Shown here: positions 1-6,617 of the stretch, piece by piece
Position numbering within the stretch: position 1 is the first letter of the stretch
Layout of the letters: every line of letters starts with the position of its first letter
Origin: an archaeon
Lineage (GTDB): Archaea; Iainarchaeota; Iainarchaeia; Iainarchaeales; CSSED10-239
Reading direction: 5' to 3'
DNA length: 29,413 nt
Assembly (NCBI GenBank): GCA_035387745.1
Contig: DAOOON010000001.1
Span: 1 to 29,413, forward strand
The notes under the pieces: generated by a model
Database searches by the model: none
What the model was told of the DNA's origin: nothing
Seen by the model: the letters and a program-made list of their open reading frames with translations, nothing else
Translations under genes and position numbers: made by a program

Positions 1-2
1 GT

Positions 3-371
3 GTAAATACAGCAAATGAATTGGTTAATCAAAAATGTGATAAAGCAACAATTCAGATTACTGATTGTGTAATTAATGATGATGGTAATGTCGTGCTTAC
101 TATAAAAAACACCAGTTCTCAGTATAATTATGATATATCAGATGCTTTTTTAGTTTCTATATATAACGATTCTGGCACAATGGATATAGAAAAAGAAATA
201 ACCTTGTCTTCAGGTACTTGGGACGGTCTAGAGGGGGGAGAGACAATTATGGCAAATATTGAGCCAACAACGTCAGCCCTAACAGAAGATTCTGGGGCTT
301 GGATTAATGTGACTTTAAGGTCCACAATATGCCCTTTAGCAGCAACCACCTATTATGGGTGCCATAGATAA
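3..371 (+). CDS. Type IV pilin-like protein, C-terminal part (5' end outside window)
   Basis: The frame is open from nt 3 back to the window edge, so the TTG at 21 is probably internal. The translation aligns with the three downstream paralogues. It has a C-x9-C pair (KCDKATIQITDC), a KNTSS sequon and a C-terminal LRSTICPLAATTYYGC that matches their V-RS-x-x-C...C ending. Confidence 0.7.
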   Translation, partial: VNTANELVNQKCDKATIQITDCVINDDGNVVLTIKNTSSQYNYDISDAFLVSIYNDSGTMDIEKEITLSSGTWDGLEGGETIMANIEPTTSALTEDSGAWINVTLRSTICPLAATTYYGCHR

Positions 372-372
372 G

Positions 373-382
373 CTTTATATAT
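373..382 (+). promoter_or_regulatory. TATA-box-like element upstream of pilin gene 434
   Basis: CTTTATATAT lies in the 62-nt AT-rich spacer, about 55 nt upstream of the ATG. This fits a short leader carrying the SD at 420-426. The whole spacer is AT-rich, so the exact box is uncertain. Confidence 0.35.
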
Positions 383-419
383 GTTTTTATTAATAATATA
401 ATTAATATTTTTAATATTT

Positions 420-426
420 AAGGAGG
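420..426 (+). promoter_or_regulatory. Shine-Dalgarno ribosome-binding site for pilin gene 434
   Basis: AAGGAGG sits 7 nt upstream of the ATG at 434. It is the strongest SD match I saw in the window. Confidence 0.6.
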
Positions 427-433
427 ATATAAA

Positions 434-553
434 ATGAATTTTAAAAAGAAAGCAATAGAACCAATAGTTGCAACAATTCTTTTGGTTGTAGTTGCAGTTA
501 TTTTAGTCACCATTGTTCTTGCATGGGGTAAGAATTTCACAACTGGTGGTTTA
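434..553 (+). repeat. Conserved 5' pilin module, copy 1 (pairs with 907-1026)
   Basis: These 120 nt encode 40 aa identical to copy 2. The two copies differ at 14 positions, all synonymous third-codon sites. Confidence 0.9.
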
Positions 554-892
554 AATGAAGCAGGCGCTATAACAAGCGATGCTTGTAAAGGCGCAACATT
601 GTCTTTAGAAAGTTGTGATTGGAATTCTGATACAAACAAAGTCGTATTCACATTAAAGAACACAAGCGACACATACACCTTTGATGTTAATGGTTTTTAC
701 ATTAATGTAGCAGACAGTTCAACGGTTACAGAATCAGATTTAGATAATGTTTCTTCAACTACAGCTTTAGGCCCTGGTGCAAGTTTAGTTGAAGATATTA
801 CAGTATCAGACATAGTAGCAACAAAAGTAAAATTAAACGTGCGTTCAATTACTTGTCCAACCACAGCAGTAAGCGAACTGGAATGTAGTTAA
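434..892 (+). CDS. Archaeal type IV pilin (Pilin_N/DUF1628-type N-terminus), four-Cys scaffold paralogue
   Basis: The N-terminus MNFKKKA|IEPIVATILLVVVAVILVTIVLAW has a basic stretch, a small residue and a roughly 22-aa hydrophobic helix, which is a class III signal peptide. It also has a C-x9-C pair, a KNTS sequon, a C-terminal VRSITCPTTAVSELEC and several N-x-S/T sequons. Confidence 0.8.
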   Translation: MNFKKKAIEPIVATILLVVVAVILVTIVLAWGKNFTTGGLNEAGAITSDACKGATLSLESCDWNSDTNKVVFTLKNTSDTYTFDVNGFYINVADSSTVTESDLDNVSSTTALGPGASLVEDITVSDIVATKVKLNVRSITCPTTAVSELECS

Positions 893-906
893 AAGAGGTA
901 AAAAAC

Positions 907-1026
907 ATGAATTTTAAGAAGAAAGCAATAGAACCAATAGTTGCAACAATTCTTTTAGTTGTAGTTGCTGTAATATTGGTAACGATAGTTCTTGCATGGG
1001 GTAAAAATTTTACAACCGGCGGATTA
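907..1026 (+). repeat. Conserved 5' pilin module, copy 2
   Basis: See 434-553. Codon-by-codon comparison gives 0 non-synonymous and 14 synonymous differences. Confidence 0.9.
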
Positions 1027-1377
1027 GATGAAGCAAATAACTTAACAAACGATAGTTGTGCTGGTGCAACCATTTCACTACAAAGTTGTGATTGGAATAG
1101 TACTTCAGAAGTTGCAACACTTTTGATAAAAAACACAAGCAGTACCTATACCATAGCTGCAGATGATTTATCCTGTAATGTTACAGACGATTCAAATGCA
1201 TTAAATAATCATCAAACTATACCGACTGCAACAACAGCAGCAATACTTCCTGGAGCATCAATATCAACAACTTGTACAGCATCTTCATTAGCAGCAGCTG
1301 CAACAAAAGTTACGGTGAATGTTAGGTCAGAGACCTGTCCAACAACAGCAGTAAGCGAAATAAAAGGTTGTTCATAG
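907..1377 (+). CDS. Archaeal type IV pilin paralogue (four-Cys scaffold plus two extra Cys)
   Basis: The first 40 aa are identical to ORF 434. It has the same C-x9-C pair, KNTSS sequon and VRSETCPTTAVSEIKGC ending. The central part is a divergent Ala/Thr-rich core. Confidence 0.8.
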   Translation: MNFKKKAIEPIVATILLVVVAVILVTIVLAWGKNFTTGGLDEANNLTNDSCAGATISLQSCDWNSTSEVATLLIKNTSSTYTIAADDLSCNVTDDSNALNNHQTIPTATTAAILPGASISTTCTASSLAAAATKVTVNVRSETCPTTAVSEIKGCS

Positions 1378-1399
1378 ATCAAAATAGAATTGAAAAATT

Positions 1400-1849
1400 A
1401 TGATTTCCAAAAAGGGGGTGTCACCAGTAATTGCAACTATACTTTTAGTTGTTATAGCTTTAATACTGGTGGGCATTCTTCTTTCTTGGGGTCAAAATTT
1501 TGTAAATAAAAATACTTCTGATGCAGATAGCGCAATTGATAGAAAATGTATTGGTGCAGGAATCACCATTAATAATTGTGACTATAATAGCCTTTCTGAG
1601 ACTCTTACTTTTATTATTGTTAATTCAGGAAAGGTTAATTTCTCTGCAGATCAAAACCTTAGTCTTATTCTAATTGATGCAGATACTAATCTTGTCAATG
1701 AGCATCAAGATATAATTGATGGGAATGCCTTTAATAGAGGCGATTCTTTTAGAATAGAAATTGACGAGTATGTAGCAACAACACCAATAGATGTGGAAGT
1801 AAGAAGTACACAGTGTGTTAATTATTTTGCAAGAGTTTCTTGTAATTAA
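1400..1849 (+). CDS. Archaeal type IV pilin paralogue (more divergent)
   Basis: The N-terminus MISKKG|VSPVIATILLVVIALILVGILLSW is the classic archaeal Pilin_N motif. The cysteine scaffold is retained (KCIGAGITINNC ... VRSTQCVNYFARVSC). Confidence 0.8.
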   Translation: MISKKGVSPVIATILLVVIALILVGILLSWGQNFVNKNTSDADSAIDRKCIGAGITINNCDYNSLSETLTFIIVNSGKVNFSADQNLSLILIDADTNLVNEHQDIIDGNAFNRGDSFRIEIDEYVATTPIDVEVRSTQCVNYFARVSCN

Positions 1850-2353
1850 TTAGATTTTTTCTATTTTTATAAACTGTATTCTTTCTTCTTTATCAACAAT
1901 AGCCATAACAAACTTAGCACGTATGGTTGTTGCAAGTCTTTCTGATTTTATGATTTCTCTAGTTGCAATCTTTGTGCTTTTAAAAACATCCACAACCATT
2001 TCTGTGTGCGTGTGCTCTCCAGCCTTTGATTTTTGATAAACTCTAAAATCAAATCCAAAGATGTTTCCGTCTTTTACCACACACCCTTTGTTTGTTAATT
2101 CCTTAAATACAAGATATTTTTCAGAGAAGTCAGATATTTCTTTATTACAGGTCTTTTCTAGTTCTTTTGTGCTTATTGTCTTGTTGTTTTTATCAACAAT
2201 TATAATTTTCTTCTTTTCTAGAAAATAAAAACATTCAAAAAGATCTAAGTACATCTCAAGGCCTTTTCTAAATCCAAAGCCTTTCTGAGTAATTTGGCTT
2301 TTTAGGTTATTATCTTTTATAAGGCCGCTATTTTTTTCAAGCATTACTTTCAT
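1850..2353 (-). CDS. endA: tRNA-splicing (tRNA-intron) endonuclease
   Basis: YLVFKELTNKGCVVKDGNIFGFDFRVYQKS...HTEMVVDV...RAKFVMAIVD matches the EndA catalytic domain pattern (YLVYKDLR.RGY.VK.G.K.G.DFR.Y...HS.YLV...K..L.AIVD). Its 167 aa fit the single-unit archaeal type. Confidence 0.8.
   Translation of the reverse strand: MKVMLEKNSGLIKDNNLKSQITQKGFGFRKGLEMYLDLFECFYFLEKKKIIIVDKNNKTISTKELEKTCNKEISDFSEKYLVFKELTNKGCVVKDGNIFGFDFRVYQKSKAGEHTHTEMVVDVFKSTKIATREIIKSERLATTIRAKFVMAIVDKEERIQFIKIEKI
1855..1868 (+). terminator. Oligo-T tracts that could terminate the pilin array transcript
   Basis: A T6 run (1855-1860) and a T5 run (1864-1868) lie just 3' of the pilin stop at 1847-1849, inside the 3' end of the convergent endA gene. 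Oligo-T is the usual archaeal termination signal. Confidence 0.25.
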
Positions 2354-2368
2354 GTTTTCTCTTTTTCC

Positions 2369-2656
2369 TTATTTATAAAGCGTAAATAAATTTCTATCAA
2401 CTCCATAGAATAAACCAATCCTAACACCAGCATCAATCCAGCCATAAGCATAGGAATAAGACGCTAAGGCCCTTGTAAAGTCGCCTTTTTCTTCTAAGAC
2501 TTTCCCATCCAAAAGATAGTTATTTGCCATCTCTAGGTAGTTGTCTGCCATGTCTTTAAGGAAAGAATCATTTTCTATATTTATTTTAATTGTGGTTAAT
2601 GCTTTTTCTAGTAGTCCTCTATACTTAATGCAATATTTTTTAACGTCTGTATTCAT
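2369..2656 (-). CDS. Small helical protein, DUF357-like
   Basis: This 95-aa protein contains GDFTRALASYSYAYGWIDAGVRIGL. From memory this resembles the archaeal DUF357 signature (..ALA..SYA.GWLDAG..LGL), which needs an HMM check. It overlaps the dphB stop by 17 nt. Confidence 0.5.
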   Translation of the reverse strand: MNTDVKKYCIKYRGLLEKALTTIKINIENDSFLKDMADNYLEMANNYLLDGKVLEEKGDFTRALASYSYAYGWIDAGVRIGLFYGVDRNLFTLYK

Positions 2657-3377
2657 TTATTCCATCTCTTTCAATATCATTTAATGCTCCACAGATTATT
2701 AAGCTTTGTGGAAGGCTTTTGCTTTCGACTTTTTTATAGTCTAAAAAATCAAAAGTTATAATCTCTTGGTCTTTACCAGAAATGCCACAAAGCCCAACAC
2801 ATACTGCGTTTTTTAGTTTCTCGCCTTTTTCTTTGTCAATTTCTTCAAGTATCTGGCACCCCTCAAATAGCGTCATAAATTTTTGCTTGTCTGTCTTAAT
2901 ATCAAGAAGACAAAGTGTATGCGTATTATTCTTTAGGTTTTCAATAATACAATCATAGAAGCTTGTTGGCTTGTAGTTACCCTCAGGATAAACAATGCTT
3001 GTGGTTTTTCCAAACTTATACTCAAATAATCCAGAAGCACCCCTATAATTAAATATAGAAATTCCAGCAATAATCTGTGTTTTAATTTTTCGCTTGTTTG
3101 CTTCTTCAATTAATGTAAAATGAGTGGTTGCTGAAAAGGGATTACCAATAACTAGAAGGCAAGATTCGTCTTTGAGATATTTCTTTTCTTGTTCAAGTTC
3201 TGTTCTGTTTAATGGTATTATTTTTTTTTCTAATATTTTTTCGAGTTCTGTTAAGTCTCCTTGTGAGAAAATATTAGTGTAATTATCAATATAGACTTCT
3301 GTGCATTTTTTTATGCACTCAATTGCTTCAAGAGTAAGCTGTTTAGGATTTAACCCCACTCCAATTATGTAAAACAT
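2640..3377 (-). CDS. dphB: Diphthine synthase
   Basis: It begins MFYIIGVGL and contains GNPFSATTH, YKFGKTTSIVYPEGNYKPTSFYDCIIEN and HTLCLLDIK. These closely match archaeal DphB/Dph5 motifs. Confidence 0.9.
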   Translation of the reverse strand: MFYIIGVGLNPKQLTLEAIECIKKCTEVYIDNYTNIFSQGDLTELEKILEKKIIPLNRTELEQEKKYLKDESCLLVIGNPFSATTHFTLIEEANKRKIKTQIIAGISIFNYRGASGLFEYKFGKTTSIVYPEGNYKPTSFYDCIIENLKNNTHTLCLLDIKTDKQKFMTLFEGCQILEEIDKEKGEKLKNAVCVGLCGISGKDQEIITFDFLDYKKVESKSLPQSLIICGALNDIERDGINEYRR

Positions 3378-3378
3378 T

Positions 3379-3774
3379 TTAACTATAAACTCCTACTTCT
3401 ATATATATCTTATTATTAGAATTATTAATATACTTTATGGAATTAGATAGAATCTTTGTTTTTTCTGTTTTAAAAGAATTTATTTCTTTCCGGTTATTAT
3501 TTATTATAATATACCCAGAAGTTATTGGAAAAAGCAAAAGATAGTTATTCTCTAAAGCTTCAAGATTATCAATCTTAAGATATTGTGAAGTAATTAAAAG
3601 GTCATTTATTTTTTGCATCTTTAATAATTCAATATTGTTTTCTGTAAGGCTGCTTGAGTTAAGTGTTTGTGCCATTACTATTAAAAGTGAGGCAAAGATT
3701 AGTGCAAAAATTCCGTCAATAACAAATATTTGTCCATTATTTGCATTTTGTAAATTCCAGAACTTTAAAGCCAT
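3379..3774 (-). CDS. Pilin-like protein with class III signal peptide (minor pilin candidate D)
   Basis: The N-terminus is ...NANNG|QIFVIDGIFALIFASLLIVMA. The C-terminus IYIEVGVYS resembles that of ORF 4328-4837 (TIEVIVYT). It overlaps the upstream gene by 38 nt and ends 1 nt before dphB. Confidence 0.55.
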   Translation of the reverse strand: MALKFWNLQNANNGQIFVIDGIFALIFASLLIVMAQTLNSSSLTENNIELLKMQKINDLLITSQYLKIDNLEALENNYLLLFPITSGYIIINNNRKEINSFKTEKTKILSNSIKYINNSNNKIYIEVGVYS

Positions 3775-4168
3775 TATTAAATATCACCCCTCTTTGTATA
3801 GTCATTTCAATCTCTGTTATTTCGTTTTGATAAATAGTTATTTGACCTGCTCTAATTCTGCAGATCTTTTCTTTTTTCAGTTCTTCTTCAAACATCAGAA
3901 ATTTCAAGTCCAAGATATTCTGATAGCACAGGCTTTCATGATTGATTTCTGTAAAAGCCAGATAATTACACTCACTAACAAGCTTATCAATAAATAAAAT
4001 GGATTTTAAGTCATCAATTTCTTTCTGATTATTTATTTGTTCTTTGGCATAATTCTCAAAAAATAAAATTTCGAAATATAAAACAAAGATAAGACACAAA
4101 GAAAAAAACAAAACATCAAGTACTATTGCTTGTCCCTTGTGATTCATATTTCTCCCAGTTTTTTTCAT
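3737..4168 (-). CDS. Pilin-like protein with class III signal peptide (minor pilin candidate C)
   Basis: The N-terminus is MKKTGRNMNHKG|QAIVLDVLFFSLCLIFVLYF. The start could instead be the second ATG at 4147. It lies on the same strand and overlaps both neighbours. Confidence 0.55.
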   Translation of the reverse strand: MKKTGRNMNHKGQAIVLDVLFFSLCLIFVLYFEILFFENYAKEQINNQKEIDDLKSILFIDKLVSECNYLAFTEINHESLCYQNILDLKFLMFEEELKKEKICRIRAGQITIYQNEITEIEMTIQRGVIFNNGFKVLEFTKCK

Positions 4169-4331
4169 TATAATAATTGGTTTTTATAATTTTTATAATT
4201 TCTTTTAGATTCCTGTTTTTTTCTAGTCTTTCTTTAAACTCAAGATTGATATTAATAAAAAATCCAAGTACAATAATAATTATTAAAACACACAAGATAA
4301 GTTCTAAAGTGATTATCCCTTTTCTATTCAA
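4116..4331 (-). CDS. Short pilin-like protein (candidate B), E at +5
   Basis: The N-terminus MNRKG|IITLELILCVLIIIIVLGFF has G at -1 and Glu at +5, followed by a roughly 20-aa hydrophobic helix. This is the canonical type IV pilin signature. It is 71 aa and has a 4-nt overlap with the upstream gene. Confidence 0.6.
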   Translation of the reverse strand: MNRKGIITLELILCVLIIIIVLGFFININLEFKERLEKNRNLKEIIKIIKTNYYNEKNWEKYESQGTSNST

Positions 4332-4837
4332 GTATAAACAATCACCTCGATTGTGTAATTTTTAGGGAAAGTAAAAGTTGTTTTAGAATACGAGGTCTTC
4401 TGTTCAAAGCCAAGATATTTATTTTTAGCTATGCCGTTAGTTATTGTATATCTTTTTATATAAACATTTGGCATTGGTCTTAAGACTATGGTTTTTGTTA
4501 TTTCTTGTAGTTCTAAAAGATTTATTTTTTGTTTTTTATTTGTGTTTATATTTAGAATAAACCATTCTTCTGTTTGGGCGTCTTGGTTTGACAGATAGTT
4601 TATTACTTTAGCATTAATTTGTGCATTAAGCGTTAACTGGTCGTTATTTGGCATAGAAAGTTCTTTTTTAACCATTTCTTCAAAATTAATAGTTGCGCTA
4701 TGCTTTTTTGTGCTTTGGGATTTAACTACTACAAACTCTAAGTTATTTTCAATTCTGCCATTACCAGCTATAGACAAGAAAACAAGCAAAAACAACAGCA
4801 CCCCTAGACTTAAAAAGCCTTTATTTTTTGTGTTCAT
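4328..4837 (-). CDS. Pilin-like protein with class III signal peptide (candidate A)
   Basis: The N-terminus is MNTKNKG|FLSLGVLLFLLVFLSIAG. The remainder looks beta-rich and ends NYTIEVIVYT. It is the first gene of the minus-strand operon running 4837 to 1850. Confidence 0.55.
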   Translation of the reverse strand: MNTKNKGFLSLGVLLFLLVFLSIAGNGRIENNLEFVVVKSQSTKKHSATINFEEMVKKELSMPNNDQLTLNAQINAKVINYLSNQDAQTEEWFILNINTNKKQKINLLELQEITKTIVLRPMPNVYIKRYTITNGIAKNKYLGFEQKTSYSKTTFTFPKNYTIEVIVYT

Positions 4838-5000
4838 TAAATATTTAATGATTTTTTTCCTTTATTTAACCAGTTGCTTGTTTTTTTTGTGTTTTTGAAG
4901 ATTTTGTTTTATCTATTAAAGCTTTTACAAAAAATCTAACAAATGTTTTTAAATAGCTCTATCTACAATAAATATATTAATATCAAAAATCGGAATTGCT

Positions 5001-6089
5001 TTGAAGAGAAACATATTTGTTAAAGATTTGTCTGATACACAGGTCAGTATCTTTAAAGATGAGTCTGTATTTTATTCAAGTTATTTGCCTGAAGACATAA
5101 AAGCAAGAGAAAAAGAGATTCAAGAACTAAGTTATAATTTGCGGCCAATCTCTGAGAACAGAAAAGCACGAAATGTCTTAATCTTTGGGCCTCCAGGAAC
5201 AGGTAAAACTTTAATTTCTAAGTTTGTGATAAGGCAGCTTTCTGAATTTACACAAAGAGCAAAATCAATTTACATTAATGCAATTGAAGATAATACCAGA
5301 TTTGCAGTTTATTCAAAGCTATTAACTCTTTATAATTCTCCGCTTCCAAGAAGAGGGCTAGGTATTGATGAATTAATTTCAAGAGTAAAAGAAGAGATGA
5401 GTAAAACTGATTTTATTCCTGTAATTGTTATTGATGAAGTTGATAAGCTAGAAAAATCCGAAATATCAACCATTCTTTATGATCTCTCGCGTATTGAAGT
5501 ATCAATGAAATATTTTGCTTTAATACTAATAACAAACCACAAAGAATTTGTAATAACACTTGACCCAAGAGTAAAAAGTTCTCTTTTCCTTTCTGAAATA
5601 GAGTTTAAAAAATATTCTCCTCAGGAATTAAAAGAAATTTTAAAGGAAAGAATTTCTTACGGGCTTATTCCAAATGCCATTTCTGAAGATATGGTCGGTT
5701 ATATTACTGGCTATGCTGCAAAGAATGGAGGAGACGCCAGAATTGCAATCGACATTCTATATAAGTCTGCAAAAACTGCAGAAAAGAAAGGAAACCTAAA
5801 GATTGACAAGGAAACAATACAGGAGTCAGAGAAGCTAATTGATGCAGTTAAGCTTTGTGATAAATTAAATTATATTGAACCAATTGAAAAAGATATTCTA
5901 AATGCAATTCCAAAAGAGGGAATAGAGAGTGGAAATCTGTATGCTGCTTTTCCAAAAGACTCAGATAGGACCGTAAGGCGCCACCTAGATACTTTAGAAA
6001 AAATCGGTCTTATAAAAACAAAAGATAACATCTCTCAGAAAGGAAAGACAAGGAAAATAGAATTGACTTTTAGTAAAGAACTATTATAA
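5001..6089 (+). CDS. cdc6: Orc1/Cdc6 replication initiator (AAA+ ATPase with C-terminal winged helix)
   Basis: It has Walker A GPPGTGKT and Walker B VIVIDEVD, sensor-region GDARIAIDIL, and a C-terminal RTVRRHLDTLEKIGLI winged-helix-like segment. The start codon is TTG at 5001. Confidence 0.9.
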   Translation: MKRNIFVKDLSDTQVSIFKDESVFYSSYLPEDIKAREKEIQELSYNLRPISENRKARNVLIFGPPGTGKTLISKFVIRQLSEFTQRAKSIYINAIEDNTRFAVYSKLLTLYNSPLPRRGLGIDELISRVKEEMSKTDFIPVIVIDEVDKLEKSEISTILYDLSRIEVSMKYFALILITNHKEFVITLDPRVKSSLFLSEIEFKKYSPQELKEILKERISYGLIPNAISEDMVGYITGYAAKNGGDARIAIDILYKSAKTAEKKGNLKIDKETIQESEKLIDAVKLCDKLNYIEPIEKDILNAIPKEGIESGNLYAAFPKDSDRTVRRHLDTLEKIGLIKTKDNISQKGKTRKIELTFSKELL

Positions 6090-6123
6090 ATCTAATGCCA
6101 ATATATTTTTATGAGGATAAAAC

Positions 6124-6609
6124 ATGCCACTAAAACCAATTAAACCAACAGGGATACATCTAGTAAGAGCTAGAGAAAAAGCTTTAAGCACACATTCAAG
6201 TAAGAGAAGTCTAGAGCTTAAAAAAAAAATTTCAAATAAAGACCTAAAAGAAATGCAAGCCAGAATTAAAGAGCTTAAACAAGAACTAAGAAGTCAAGAG
6301 TATAGGGTTTCTAAGTTTAAAACTGTTAGAGAACTAAATTCAGTAAAGCAAAAATTACTTAAAGAAAAAATAAGAATTCAAGGAAAGTTACTTGCGGCCT
6401 TTGATGATTATTATTCTTTAAATGGAGAACTTAAAAGAATTTATGTTGATTCTTTAGAGGTCTATGGTAAAGACCTTTTAGAAAGACAAAAAATGAATTC
6501 TGAGATTTTAAAGATGCTTAACAAGATAACAAAGCCTGAAGAAAAAGATATGATTTTAAGAATTATAAGAAAGAATATAAAGCTTTATTATCACATGGAT
6601 ATAAAATAG
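6124..6609 (+). CDS. Hypothetical coiled-coil protein
   Basis: This 161-aa ORF is Lys/Glu/Leu-rich with heptad-like stretches. A GAGGAT SD-like element lies about 8 nt upstream. I recognised no family. Confidence 0.5.
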   Translation: MPLKPIKPTGIHLVRAREKALSTHSSKRSLELKKKISNKDLKEMQARIKELKQELRSQEYRVSKFKTVRELNSVKQKLLKEKIRIQGKLLAAFDDYYSLNGELKRIYVDSLEVYGKDLLERQKMNSEILKMLNKITKPEEKDMILRIIRKNIKLYYHMDIK

Positions 6610-6617
6610 ATAATGAT

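Noticed and set aside
6220-6229. An A10 homopolymer inside ORF 6124-6609, and T9 at 3221-3229 inside dphB, considered as possible programmed slippage or phase-variation sites.
   Set aside because: The reading frames run straight through with sensible Lys-rich protein sequence. Such runs are expected in an AT-rich genome, and no alternative frame continues productively.
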